Positions 33,176 to 42,780 are shown, numbered from the stretch's first letter. The stretch: DNA of 64,000 nt from Angustibacter luteus (GCF_039541115.1 NZ_BAABFP010000002.1:124001-188000); one strand, 5' to 3'. Translations and numbers: made by a program. The notes: generated by a model from the letters alone, not told the origin.

Positions 33176-33892
33176 ATGGACAACTCTAGCGGAGTCGGCG
33201 TGCTGGACAAGGCCGCCATCGTTCTCAGCGCCCTGGAGGCCGGCCCGTCGACCCTCGCCCAGCTCGTCGCCGCCACCGGGCTCGCCCGCCCGACGGCCCA
33301 CCGGCTGGCCGTCGCGCTGGAGTACCACCGCCTGGTGGCCCGGGACATGCAGGGCCGCTTCGTGCTGGGCCCGCGGATGGCCGAGCTCGCCTCAGCCGCT
33401 GGCGAGGACCGGCTGCTCGCCGCGGCCGGTCCGGTGCTCGCCGCCCTGCGCGACCACACCGGCGAGAGCGCGCAGCTGTTCCGCCGTCAGGGCGACCAGC
33501 GGATCTGCGTGGCCGCCGCTGAGCGCCCGGTCGGCCTGCGCGACTCCATCCCCGTCGGCAGCTCGCTGTCGATGCACGCCGGTTCCGCGGCCCAGGTGCT
33601 GCTCGCCTGGGAGGAGCCGGACCGGCTGCACCGCGGCCTGCAGGGTGCGAAGTTCAGCGCGACCGCGCTGTCCGGCGTCCGCCGCCGAGGGTGGGCGCAG
33701 AGCGTCGGCGAGCGCGAGACCGGCGTCGCGTCGGTGTCCGCCCCGGTACGCGGGCCGTCCGGGCGGGTCGTCGCCGCGGTGTCGATCAGCGGCCCGATCG
33801 AGCGGCTGTCCCGTCAGCCCGGCCGGTTGCACGCGCCGTCCGTCATCGCCGGCGCGCACAAGCTCACCGAGGTCCTGCGCCGCGCCAGCTGA
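33176..33892 (+). CDS. ndgR: IclR-family regulator of branched-chain amino acid genes (NdgR/AreB/LtbR type)
   Basis: MDNSSGVGVLDKAA, RPTAHRLAVALE, SVSAPVRG; divergent from leuC. Confidence 0.85.
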   Translation: MDNSSGVGVLDKAAIVLSALEAGPSTLAQLVAATGLARPTAHRLAVALEYHRLVARDMQGRFVLGPRMAELASAAGEDRLLAAAGPVLAALRDHTGESAQLFRRQGDQRICVAAAERPVGLRDSIPVGSSLSMHAGSAAQVLLAWEEPDRLHRGLQGAKFSATALSGVRRRGWAQSVGERETGVASVSAPVRGPSGRVVAAVSISGPIERLSRQPGRLHAPSVIAGAHKLTEVLRRAS

Positions 33893-33948
33893 GTGCACGG
33901 CTGGGTGCGGCGAGGCGGCTGTGATCACGACCACCTGGCCGCACCCAC

Positions 33949-34429
33949 TCAGGCACCGCCGCCGAGTCGCTGGCTCGCGGTCTCGGTGCGCGGCCCGATC
34001 TGGGTGGCCGACGTGGCGGCGGCCAGGCCCATCGCCGGGGTGTTCCCGTAGATCGTCTCGTGCGCGCCCGCGGGCACCGCATAGGTCTCGTGCCAGATGC
34101 CGACCGCACCGGCGCCCTTGCGCGCGCGCTGGGTTGAAGGCGCGCCAGGCCTTGCGGTGCTCGCGCTCCGTGTCGTGCGCGTAGGAGAGCAGCTTCTCGG
34201 TGCTCGACCAGTACTGGACGACGCTGGGGCCGCGGCCGCCGAGCACCAGCCGGTAGCCGAGCAGCCCGCTGTCGGCGTCCTTGCTCAGCTCGGCGAGCAT
34301 CCGGGGCATCGCCGTGAAGACCGGCCACCACTTGTCCAACCGCCAGAAGCGGTTGACCGTCATGCCGATCAGGAAGACGACCACCTCGCCGTCGTGCCCG
34401 TCCGTCCACTGTCCCGCTCGTACCGCCAT
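33949..34429 (-). pseudogene. DUF4188 (monooxygenase-like) gene with a +1 frameshift
   Basis: VVFLIGM...VQYWSS...HRKAWRAFN continues as QRARKGAGAVGIWHETYAVPAG...IYGN in another frame. The 481-nt span is 3n+1, with an extra base in the G run at 34131-34133. Confidence 0.8.
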
Positions 34430-34440
34430 GACGTCCTCCA

Positions 34441-34482
34441 TTGGATAGCCCCACTTCCCAATATTGGATAGTGCTACTGTCC
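34441..34482. promoter_or_regulatory. Tandem imperfect palindromes (putative MerR-family operator)
   Basis: TTGGATAG at 34441 and 34464; GGATAG-n5-CTGTCC and GGATAG-n5-CTTCCC between divergent genes. Confidence 0.5.
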
Positions 34483-34512
34483 GTTCCAGTCGTCAAGGGG
34501 TTTGGAGGCCAG

Positions 34513-35157
34513 GTGCGGATCTCGGCGTTGTCAGCGGCCAGCGGGGTGTCCGTGCCCACCATCAAGTACTACCTGCGCGAGGGCCTGCTCCCCCAGGGCC
34601 AGACGACCTCGCAGACCCAGGCCCGCTACGACGACGACCACGTCGCCCGGCTGCGGCTGATCCGTGCCCTGGTCGACGTCGCCGGCCTCTCGCTGGCCCA
34701 GGTCCGGGACGTCGTCACGCGGCTCGACGACCCACCCGAGTCCTGGCACGACGTCCTCGGCATCGCGCACGGCGCGGCCGTCGCGGGGCCGACCGGAGTC
34801 CCCATCACGCACGTGGCCGACGCCCGAGCGCTGCTGGCGGACCTCGGCTGGCAGGTGGACGAGCACACCCCGGCCCTGGCCCAGCTGCAGCGGGCGACAG
34901 AGGCCCTGGCCGACGCCGGGCTGGACGTCGGACCCGAGCGACTCGCGGTCTACGCCCGCGCCGCGCACGCCGTGGCCGAGGCGGACCTCGACGGACTCCC
35001 CCGGACGTCGCCGGCCGAGGCCGGTCGGCACGTCGTCCTGGGCACGCTGCTGTACGAGCCACTGCTGCTCGCGCTGCGCCGGCTCGCCCACGAGGACGTC
35101 AGCGGGGCCCGCTACGGGCGCGCGAGGGCTACGCCGCCGCGCCGCTCAGCTCGCTAG
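34513..35157 (+). CDS. MerR-family transcriptional regulator
   Basis: MRISALSAASGVSVPTIKYYLREGLLP...RLRLIRAL. Confidence 0.9.
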   Translation: MRISALSAASGVSVPTIKYYLREGLLPQGQTTSQTQARYDDDHVARLRLIRALVDVAGLSLAQVRDVVTRLDDPPESWHDVLGIAHGAAVAGPTGVPITHVADARALLADLGWQVDEHTPALAQLQRATEALADAGLDVGPERLAVYARAAHAVAEADLDGLPRTSPAEAGRHVVLGTLLYEPLLLALRRLAHEDVSGARYGRARATPPRRSAR

Positions 35158-36385
35158 CCTCGTGCGCCTCGAACGCCCGGCGTCGACGAGAGCGGCGCTG
35201 GGCCAGCACGCTGATCGCGGAGAGCACGAGACCGGTCGCGGCCATCGCGGATCCGACCAGCGCCGGCGACGTCCAGCCGTAGCCCGCATCGATGACGATG
35301 CCGCCGAAGAACGCGCCCGAGGCGTTGGCCAGGTTCAGCGAAGAGTGGTTCAGCGAGGCGCCGAGCGAGGCAGCGCCCGAGCCCGCGACGTCCATCAACC
35401 GCAGCTGCAGCGCACCCACCGTCGCCGACGTGACGAACCCGAGCATCAGCACCTCGACGGCGACGCCCCAGGTCGAGCGGGCCGCGAACGGGAACGCGAG
35501 CAGCGTGACCAGGGTGGCGGCGAAGCCCAGCAGCAGCGCCCGAGGCACCGACCAGTCGGCCAGCCGACCGCCGGCCAGGGTGCCGAAGGTCATACCGATG
35601 CCGAACGTGGCCAGCGCGATCGGGACCGCGGAGGTCGACCAGCCGGACGTGTGCGTCAGGATCGGCGCGATGTAGCTGTACACGGCGAACATCCCGCCGA
35701 AGCCGACCGCGCCGATCATCAGCGTCAGCCACACCTGCGGCTTGGCCAGCGCACGCAGCTCCTCGCGCGGCGCGGCGCCCTCCAGCGCCGCGACGAACGG
35801 CACGCGGAGCCACACCAGCACCATCGTGATGACGCCGACCGCTGCCACGAACCAGTAGGCCGAACGCCAGCCGTACTGCTCGCCGAGGAACGCCGACGCC
35901 GGGACGCCGAAGACGTTCGCGGCCGTCAGTCCGAGCATGGGAAGCACCACGGCGCGGCCTCGTCGTCCCGGCTCGGCCATCGAGGCGGCCACCAGCGCGG
36001 CGATGCCGAAGTAGGCCCCGTGCGGCAGCCCGGTCAGGAAGCGGGCGATCATCAGGGCCGGGTAGTTCGGGGCGAGTGCGGACGCGACGTTGCCCACCGT
36101 GAACGCGGCCATCAGCACCAGCAGCAGCCTGGTCCGGGACACGCGGGCGGTGAGCACTGCCAGCAGTGGTGCGCCGACCACGACGCCCAGCGCGTACGCC
36201 GAGATGATCCGCCCCGCGGCCGGGATCGACACGTCCATGCCCTGCGCGATCTGCGGCAGCAGCCCCATGGTCACGAACTCGGTGGTCCCGATGGCGAAGC
36301 CGCCCGCGGCCAGCGCAACGAAGGCCGCGGCGCTGCCGGTGAAGGCGGGCCCGGCCGTGGTGGCAGCGGTGGCGGTGCGGGTCAC
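35129..36385 (-). CDS. MFS transporter (AraJ/DHA1-like)
   Basis: GGFAIGTTEFVTMGLLP, ISAYALGVVVGAP, ARFLTGLPHGAYFG; about 12 TM segments. Confidence 0.9.
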   Translation of the reverse strand: MTRTATAATTAGPAFTGSAAAFVALAAGGFAIGTTEFVTMGLLPQIAQGMDVSIPAAGRIISAYALGVVVGAPLLAVLTARVSRTRLLLVLMAAFTVGNVASALAPNYPALMIARFLTGLPHGAYFGIAALVAASMAEPGRRGRAVVLPMLGLTAANVFGVPASAFLGEQYGWRSAYWFVAAVGVITMVLVWLRVPFVAALEGAAPREELRALAKPQVWLTLMIGAVGFGGMFAVYSYIAPILTHTSGWSTSAVPIALATFGIGMTFGTLAGGRLADWSVPRALLLGFAATLVTLLAFPFAARSTWGVAVEVLMLGFVTSATVGALQLRLMDVAGSGAASLGASLNHSSLNLANASGAFFGGIVIDAGYGWTSPALVGSAMAATGLVLSAISVLAQRRSRRRRAFEAHEASELSGAAA

Positions 36386-36452
36386 GAGGGTGGGAACCTC
36401 CGGTCGTGGACGGTTCATCCCGGACGGCGGCGCGTCCCGGATCCTGGAACGG

Positions 36453-36486
36453 CGAAGACCCTCGCCCGAACGGACGAGGGTCTTCG
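36453..36486 (-). terminator. Hairpin downstream of tRNA-Glu
   Basis: CGAAGACCCTCGCCCG-AA-CGGACGAGGGTCTTCG. Confidence 0.7.
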
Positions 36487-36505
36487 TCGACACTGCCTGC
36501 AAACG

Positions 36506-36578
36506 TAGCCCCGACGGGATTCGAACCCGCGCTACCGCCTTGAGAGGGCGGCGTGCTAGGCCGCTACACAACGGGGCC
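36506..36578 (-). tRNA. tRNA-Glu (CTC)
   Basis: GGCCCCGTTGTGTAGCGGCCTAGCACGCCGCC-CTCTCAA-GGCGG...GGTTCGAATCC...CGGGGCTA cloverleaf; CCA not encoded. Confidence 0.95.
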
Positions 36579-36632
36579 CTAGCTGGTTGGTGCTGGAGAG
36601 ATCCTACCGGGCCTGCCGGTCGAACCGTCTCG

Positions 36633-36704
36633 CTGGGGTACCAGGACTCGAACCTAGACTAACTGAACCAGAATCAGTCGTGCTGCCAATTACACCATAC
36701 CCCA
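36633..36704 (-). tRNA. tRNA-Gln (CTG)
   Basis: TGGGGTATGGTGTAATTGGCAGCACGACTGA-TTCTGGT-TCAGT...GGTTCGAGTCC...TACCCCAG. Confidence 0.95.
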
Positions 36705-36763
36705 AGGGGGTATCACGCCCGCTGGTGGCGAACCACCGGCCGGTCGTGACCCGACCGCCGATA

Positions 36764-37543
36764 CTAGCGGTCGGCAGCGCCCGGCCCCAAATCGGCTGCG
36801 GCCAGCCCCAGCCACCGGAACAGCTCGCCGAGATCGTGCAGCACGCTCACCCCGGCCGCGGGCGGCGGCGCGACGGTGGATCCGGCGCCCCGGTGGTCGA
36901 TCCCGCGGTCCAGCCAGACCGCCTGCAGCCCGGCGTCCAGCGCACCCTCCGCGTCGACCGCGAGGTCGTTCCCGACATAGACGGTGCGGTCCGGCTCGCA
37001 GCCGATCAGCGCGCACGCGTGCCGGAAGACCGCCCGCTCCGGCTTGCCCACCCCGAGGGTGTCGGTGCCCACCACGATCCGCAGCTGCGACAGCCCGGTG
37101 CGTTCGAGCTTGTCCCGCTGGTACCCCACCACGTGGTTGGTGACCGCGCCGAACGGCACCCCCGACGCCGTCAGTGCGTGCAGCAGCTCCACCGCGCCGG
37201 GCAACGCCACCCACGCCTGCCGGAACGCCGAGTCGTAGATCGCGTTCCAGCGCTCGAACGAGGCGTCGTCCAGGGCCGGCCCGCCGAGGTCCTGCTGCAT
37301 CGCCTCGGCCCGCAGACGCCGCTGCTGGAGGAAGTCGATGTCACCCGCGACGAACCGCGGGTAGAAGCCGCGCTCGTCGGCGTGCCAGTGCGCCAGCGCC
37401 AGCTGCGGACCGTCGTCCTGCAGGTGAGGCAGGTAGTCGGACGCGACCGCGGCCATCCCCGCCCGGAAGCTGGCGTGCGTGTCGACGAGGGTGTCGTCGA
37501 TGTCCAGCAGGACGCCGTCCAGGCCGGCGCGCAGCGCGCTCAC
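36764..37543 (-). CDS. HAD-family hydrolase
   Basis: LLDIDDTLVD, VTN, KPER, YVGNDLAVDAEGA. Confidence 0.88.
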   Translation of the reverse strand: MSALRAGLDGVLLDIDDTLVDTHASFRAGMAAVASDYLPHLQDDGPQLALAHWHADERGFYPRFVAGDIDFLQQRRLRAEAMQQDLGGPALDDASFERWNAIYDSAFRQAWVALPGAVELLHALTASGVPFGAVTNHVVGYQRDKLERTGLSQLRIVVGTDTLGVGKPERAVFRHACALIGCEPDRTVYVGNDLAVDAEGALDAGLQAVWLDRGIDHRGAGSTVAPPPAAGVSVLHDLGELFRWLGLAAADLGPGAADR

Positions 37544-39012
37544 GCCAGTCGCGCGCGCAGGGCTCGCAACCGGGCCAGGCTCGAGTCGCGGCCCAGGATC
37601 TCCATCGACTCGAACAGCGGGGGCGAGACGCGGCGTCCCGTCACCGCGACCCGCAACGGGCCGAACGCGAACTTCGGCTTGATCCCGAGCCCGTCGACGA
37701 GAGAAGCGCGCAACGCGGCCTCGATCGCCGTCGTCGTCCACTCCTGCAACGGTTCCAGCGCCGTGACGCTGGCCTCCAGCACCGTGGCGGCATCGTCCTT
37801 CAACGACGCGAGGGCATCGTCCTCGACGACCAGGTCGGCGTCGGTGGTGAGCAGGAAGCCGATCATCCCGGGGGCCTCGTTCAGGCGCACCATGCGGGTC
37901 TGCACCAACGGGGTCGCCGCGGCGACCAGGGCGCGCTGCGCGTCCGTCGGATCACCGGTGATGACGCCGTCCAGGACCAACCGGTCCACCAGTCGGCCGG
38001 CCAGGTCGGACTCCTCGATGCTGCGGATGTAGTGCCCGTTCAGCCAGTCCAGCTTGTCGACGTCGAACACCGGGCCGACCGTGTTCACCCGCTGCCAGTC
38101 GAAGTGCTCGACCATGTCGTCGAACGAGAACACCTCCTCGCCGCCGGGCATCGAGTAGCCCAGCAGCGCCAGGAAGTTGCGCAGCGCTTCGGGCAGGTAA
38201 CCCTGCTCGATGAACCAGGTGAGCCGGGCGGCCGGGTTCTTGCGCTTGCTGATCTTCGACTTGTTCGCGTTGCGCAGCAACGGCATGTGCGCGAACTTCG
38301 GCATCTCCAGGCCCAGCCACCCGTAGAGCAGCACATGCTTGGGGGTGGAGCTGATCCACTCCTCGCCGCGGACCACGTGGGTGATGCCCATCAGGTGGTC
38401 GTCCACCACGACGGCCAGGTGGTAGGTCGGGAAGCCGTCGGCCTTGAGGATGACCTGGTCGTCCGGGCGGGGCGCGTTCACCTCACCCCGGATGACGTCG
38501 GTGAAGGTCAGCGGCGCGTCGTCCGGGATGAGCATGCGGACGACGGGGACGTCACTGAAGCCCGGCAACGCCGCCCGCTCCTCACGGGTCTTGCCGTAGC
38601 AGAGCCGGTCGTAGCCGGTCGGCAGCTTGGCGGCCTGCTGCGCCTCGCGCATCTGCTGCAGCCGCTCGGCGGAGCACCAGCAGTGGTAGGCGTGACCGGC
38701 CTCGAGCAGCTGGTCGACGTACGGACGGTAGGTGTCCAGCCGCTCGGACTGCCGGTACGGCGCGAACGGGCCGCCCTTGTCGGGTCCCTCGTCCCAGGGC
38801 AGGCCGAGCCAGGTGAGCGTGTCGTACAGCTGCTGCTCGCTGTCCTCGCGGTAGCGCGCCCGGTCCGTGTCCTCCACCCGGAGCACGAACTGACCGCCCT
38901 GCTGACGCACGAAGGCCAGGTTGAACAACGACATGTACGCCGTCCCGACGTGCGGGTCACCGGTCGGGGACGGTGCGACGCGCAGGCGGACGGGTCCGAG
39001 GGTTTCGCTCAT
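37540..39012 (-). CDS. gltX: Glutamate--tRNA ligase
   Basis: RVAPSPTGDPHVGT, LRVEDTD, PTYHLAVVVDD, KISKR. Confidence 0.97.
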   Translation of the reverse strand: MSETLGPVRLRVAPSPTGDPHVGTAYMSLFNLAFVRQQGGQFVLRVEDTDRARYREDSEQQLYDTLTWLGLPWDEGPDKGGPFAPYRQSERLDTYRPYVDQLLEAGHAYHCWCSAERLQQMREAQQAAKLPTGYDRLCYGKTREERAALPGFSDVPVVRMLIPDDAPLTFTDVIRGEVNAPRPDDQVILKADGFPTYHLAVVVDDHLMGITHVVRGEEWISSTPKHVLLYGWLGLEMPKFAHMPLLRNANKSKISKRKNPAARLTWFIEQGYLPEALRNFLALLGYSMPGGEEVFSFDDMVEHFDWQRVNTVGPVFDVDKLDWLNGHYIRSIEESDLAGRLVDRLVLDGVITGDPTDAQRALVAAATPLVQTRMVRLNEAPGMIGFLLTTDADLVVEDDALASLKDDAATVLEASVTALEPLQEWTTTAIEAALRASLVDGLGIKPKFAFGPLRVAVTGRRVSPPLFESMEILGRDSSLARLRALRARLA

Positions 39013-39038
39013 GATGCTCCCCAGCCTATTGCGGGCGT

Positions 39039-39818
39039 TCAGTCGCGGGCGACGACCGGGTTGGACAGGGTCCCGATGCCCTCGATCTCGACCTCGACGC
39101 GCTGACCGGCCACGATCGGGCCGACACCGGCCGGCGTCCCGGTCAGGATGACGTCGCCGGGGAGCAGCGTGAAGGCGGCCGAGGCGTGCACGACCAGGGA
39201 CGCGATGTCGTGCACCATCTGGCTGGTCCGGCCGTCCTGCACGGTCTCGCCGTCGCGGCGGGTGGTCAGCGCGAGGTCGCCGGCGGCCAGGTCGGTGACG
39301 ATCCACGGGCCCAGCGGGCAGAACGTGTCGAAGCCCTTGGCCCGGGACCACTGGCCGTCGCTCTTCTGCAGGTCGCGGGCGGTGACGTCGTTCGCGCACG
39401 TGTAGCCGTAGATGACGTCCTGGACGCGCTCGAGCGGGACGTCCTTGCAGATCCGGCTGATCACGACCGCCAGCTCGCCCTCGTAGTGCACGTTCTGCGA
39501 CTGCCGGGGCAGCACGATGGGGTCGCCCGGCCCGATCACCGACGTGTTGGGCTTGAGGAACATCAGCGGCTCGGCCGGTGCCTCGCCGCCCATCTCGGCC
39601 GCGTGGTCGGCGTAGTTCTTGCCGATGCCGATCACCTTGCTGCGCGGGATCACCGGCGCGAGCAGGCGGACGTCGTCCAGCCGGGTCCGGACGCCGGTGA
39701 ACACGACAGGCTGGTGCAGCGGGTCCCCCTGGACCTCCAGCACGACCAGCTGGCCGTCGTCCTCCTCGACCACGCCGTAGGTGGGGTCCTCGCCGGTGGT
39801 GTATCTCGCGATGCGCAC
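39039..39818 (-). CDS. Fumarylacetoacetate hydrolase family protein
   Basis: IGKNYADHA, HYEGEL, NDVTARD, AKGFDTFCPLGP, GDVILTGTP. Confidence 0.92.
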   Translation of the reverse strand: MRIARYTTGEDPTYGVVEEDDGQLVVLEVQGDPLHQPVVFTGVRTRLDDVRLLAPVIPRSKVIGIGKNYADHAAEMGGEAPAEPLMFLKPNTSVIGPGDPIVLPRQSQNVHYEGELAVVISRICKDVPLERVQDVIYGYTCANDVTARDLQKSDGQWSRAKGFDTFCPLGPWIVTDLAAGDLALTTRRDGETVQDGRTSQMVHDIASLVVHASAAFTLLPGDVILTGTPAGVGPIVAGQRVEVEIEGIGTLSNPVVARD

Positions 39819-39857
39819 GTCAGCGAGGCTACCCGGCGACCTGCGTAGCCTGGAGCC

Positions 39858-40805
39858 GTGCCCTCGACCGCCCGGCTCCAGCCCGCCCAGCTCCCGGCCC
39901 TCCCGGAGCACGGGTGGCTCGCGGAGCAGGCCGCGCACCAGGCCCTGGTCGCGGAGTGGACGGCGCCCCGGCTCGATCGGGCGTCCCGCGGCGAGAAGCA
40001 CCCGGTCGAGGACTTCCTGTTCACCTACTACTCGCTCCGGCCAGGTCAGCTCGCGCGCTGGCACCCGGGCGCCGGCGTCGTCCTGCTCGGCGACGCGGCG
40101 ACCGAACGCCTGGACTGGCGCTGGTACGTCGAGCGCGACGTGCGGCTGGACGACGGGACGACGGCCCGCGGGGTCACGGTGGACGTCGAGGGGTTCCTCG
40201 CCGACCGCGGCGCGACGACCGACTTCGTGACGGCGCTGCTGTCGGCCACGGCGTCGCGGCCAGCCCAGCTGGGATGCTTCGGCCTGCACGAGTGGGCGAT
40301 GGCCTACGGACTGGCCGAGGGTGAGCAGCGGCACGAGGACTGGCCGTTGCGGCTGGGCGCGGCCGGCACCGACGCGGTGGTCGAGGCCCACCCGGTGCGC
40401 TGCTCGCACTTCGACGCGTTCCGCTTCTTCACACCATCGGCGCGGCCACTGAACTCGTTGCAGCCCAGCCGCGCTGACCAGATCATGCTCGAGCAGCCGG
40501 GCTGCCTGCACGCCACCATGGACCTCTACAAGTGGACCAGCAAGCTCCTGCCGGCCATGCCGTCGTCACTGGTCGCAGCCGGCTTCGCATTGGCACGTGA
40601 CGCCAGGGAGGTGGACATGCGCGCATCGCCGTACGACCTGCGGCAGCTCGGTCTAGAGCCCATCCGGATCGAGGAGCCTGCGGGGCGGGTCGAGTACGTC
40701 CAGGCCCAGCGAGCGCTCGCGGACCGCGGGCGGGTCCTGCGCGCCGACGTGCTCGACGCCTGCCGCTCGTTGACGCGAGGCGACCGGACCGGTTCCGCCC
40801 TCTGA
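39858..40805 (+). CDS. Conserved actinobacterial protein of unclear function with Cys/His motifs
   Basis: KHPVEDFLFTYY, CFGLHEWAM, CSHFDAFRFF, QPGCLHATMDLYKW, DMRASPYDL. Confidence 0.8.
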   Translation: MPSTARLQPAQLPALPEHGWLAEQAAHQALVAEWTAPRLDRASRGEKHPVEDFLFTYYSLRPGQLARWHPGAGVVLLGDAATERLDWRWYVERDVRLDDGTTARGVTVDVEGFLADRGATTDFVTALLSATASRPAQLGCFGLHEWAMAYGLAEGEQRHEDWPLRLGAAGTDAVVEAHPVRCSHFDAFRFFTPSARPLNSLQPSRADQIMLEQPGCLHATMDLYKWTSKLLPAMPSSLVAAGFALARDAREVDMRASPYDLRQLGLEPIRIEEPAGRVEYVQAQRALADRGRVLRADVLDACRSLTRGDRTGSAL

Positions 40806-40912
40806 CAGTCCCCCGAACACCGGTCGCCGCGACGGCCTGCCAGCTCAGTCGTTGATGGCCGAGCGGGTCAGCCCAGCCGTGGCGGACTTCCCGGGGAACT
40901 ACAGTCCGGTGG

Positions 40913-41347
40913 ATGAGCGGCGTGAGGGAGCCCGTGCCCTTCGAGGCCTACGAGGCTGGTGGTTACCTGCACGGCACGAAGGCGGACCTCGCGGTCGGCG
41001 CGATGCTGGTGCCCGGCCGTGAGTCGAACTTCGAGGTCGGCCGGGTGATGAACTACGTGTACTTCACCAAGACCCTCGACGCCGCCACCTGGGGCGCCGA
41101 GCTCGCGGCCGGGGCAGGTCGCGGGCGCATCTACGTGGTGGAGCCGACCGGCGAGTTCGAGGACGACCCCAACGTCACGGACAAGAAGTTCCCCGGGAAC
41201 CCGACTCAGTCCTTCCGCAGCCGCGAACCGCTGCGCGTGGTGGCCGAGCTCGTCGACTGGGTGGGTCACTCGGCTGAGAAGGTCCAGGCCATGCGGGACG
41301 GTCTCGATGCGTTGCAGCGGAAGGGCGCAGCGCGGATCGAGGACTGA
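40913..41347 (+). CDS. arr: NAD(+)--rifampin ADP-ribosyltransferase
   Basis: HGTKADL, YVYFT, WGAELA, IYVVEPTG, EDDPNVTDKKFPGNPT. Confidence 0.93.
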   Translation: MSGVREPVPFEAYEAGGYLHGTKADLAVGAMLVPGRESNFEVGRVMNYVYFTKTLDAATWGAELAAGAGRGRIYVVEPTGEFEDDPNVTDKKFPGNPTQSFRSREPLRVVAELVDWVGHSAEKVQAMRDGLDALQRKGAARIED

Positions 41348-41443
41348 CGGCGGGCCGCCTCCTCGTCGCGCCGGGTCCTGGTCGCTGACCAGGAGCACGC
41401 GCTCGCCGGCACGCCGGGGCCCGTGAGGCGGCAGCATGGGCGC

Positions 41444-41797
41444 ATGACTGAGGTGATGCGGACGTTCTGGCAGCTGATCGACGCGGCCGACTGGGTGGGG
41501 CTGCGCGCGCTGCTGGACGACGACTTCCGCGCCCGGTTCGCGCACACCGGCGAGGAGTTCGACGCGGACGGCTTCGTCCGGTTCAACGCTGACTACCCTG
41601 GCCGCTGGCGGGCCGAGGTCGTCGAGCTCGTCCGCGACGGGGACCGCGAGGTCACCCGCACGCGCGTCTTCGACGACAGCGAGGAGCACTGGGTCGCCTC
41701 GTTCGGCGAGAGCCGCGACGGGCGGCTGGTCGCGCTCGTCGAGGTCTGGGCCGATGGCACGTCGACGCCACCGGAGGGCAGCCGCGCGAGCTCCTAG
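41444..41797 (+). CDS. NTF2/SnoaL-like protein
   Basis: About 117 aa, FWQLIDAADW...LLDDDF...FNADYPG...EVW. Confidence 0.75.
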   Translation: MTEVMRTFWQLIDAADWVGLRALLDDDFRARFAHTGEEFDADGFVRFNADYPGRWRAEVVELVRDGDREVTRTRVFDDSEEHWVASFGESRDGRLVALVEVWADGTSTPPEGSRASS

Positions 41798-42180
41798 CCG
41801 TCGGCCGGTTGGTTGAGGAACCAGCGGTGCCCGAACGGGTCGCGGATGACGGCGATCCGGCCGATGCCACCGTCCTCGGGGCCACGGTCGAGCAGCGCAC
41901 CACCGTTGCTGGCCCGCTCGGCCAGTGCGTCCACGTCGGGCACGGTCAGGTGCAACGTGATCGCCGCGCCTCGGCCCGGCAAGGGGGCCTCGACGTTCAG
42001 CTCGGGGTGCGCGTCGCTCATCATCCAGCGAGCACCGTCGATCTCGAGCTCCACGTGCCCGATGCGCCCGTCCGGCATCACGATCGGCTCGTAGGTGACC
42101 ACGGCACCCAGGTGCTCGACGTACCAGTCGATCGCCCGGGGCGCGTCGTCCACGGCGATGTACGGGGTCAGTTCCGACAT
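41794..42180 (-). CDS. VOC/glyoxalase (PhnB-like) protein
   Basis: AIDWY, GRIGHVEL, DPFGHRW. Confidence 0.85.
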   Translation of the reverse strand: MSELTPYIAVDDAPRAIDWYVEHLGAVVTYEPIVMPDGRIGHVELEIDGARWMMSDAHPELNVEAPLPGRGAAITLHLTVPDVDALAERASNGGALLDRGPEDGGIGRIAVIRDPFGHRWFLNQPADG

Positions 42181-42261
42181 GCCTCCACCATGGCCGTGGA
42201 CGCCGCCCCGCGCAATCCAGGGTCAGCGGTGCCCGCGATCTCTGCACGCTAGGCTCGCCGG

Positions 42262-42690
42262 GTGCAGATCCTGGTGCTCAACGGTCCCAACCTCGGTCGG
42301 CTCGGCACCCGCGAGCCGGCCGTCTACGGCACCACGACGTACGAGCAGCTGGTCACGCTGTGCGAGCAGGCCGGCGAGGCGGTCCGGGCCGAGGTCGAGG
42401 TGCGCCAGACCGACGCTGAGCACGAGATGCTCGGCTGGCTGCATGAGGCCGCCGACTCGGGTGCCGCCGTGGTGCTCAACCCCGGGGGCTGGACGCACAC
42501 CTCCGTCGCCCTTCGGGATGCGTGCGCCGGGCTGACCGGGCCGATGGTCGAGGTGCACATCAGCAACGTGCACGCCCGCGAGGAGTTCCGCCGGCACTCG
42601 TACGTCTCACCCGTGGCCACGGCGGTCATCGCGGGGCTCGGCGTCGACGGCTACCCGGCCGCCATCCGCTGGCTCGCCGGCCGCGCCTGA
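42262..42690 (+). CDS. aroQ: Type II 3-dehydroquinate dehydratase
   Basis: [46 protein letters not shown]. Confidence 0.95.
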   Translation: MQILVLNGPNLGRLGTREPAVYGTTTYEQLVTLCEQAGEAVRAEVEVRQTDAEHEMLGWLHEAADSGAAVVLNPGGWTHTSVALRDACAGLTGPMVEVHISNVHAREEFRRHSYVSPVATAVIAGLGVDGYPAAIRWLAGRA

Positions 42691-42702
42691 CCTCCCCGCC
42701 GC

Positions 42703-42768
42703 CCCGCACGTGTCCCGCTATCTGGGGCTACCGCGTGGGTTTGACCCCGGATGTCGGGACATCTGCGG
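42703..42768. repeat. Imperfect long inverted repeat between convergent aroQ and cimA
   Basis: CCCGCACGTGTCCCGCTATCTGGGG pairs imperfectly with CCCCGGATGTCGGGACATCTGCGGG. Confidence 0.6.
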
Positions 42769-42780
42769 GTGGGGAAGCGG

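Noticed and set aside
33392..33948. C-terminal extension of the 349-aa minus-strand ORF
   Set aside because: Artefact of the DUF4188 frameshift; overlaps the IclR gene antisense.
33949..36578. Genomic island integrated at tRNA-Glu (MFS, MerR, DUF4188)
   Set aside because: No integrase, no duplicated tRNA 3' end, and no obvious compositional shift.
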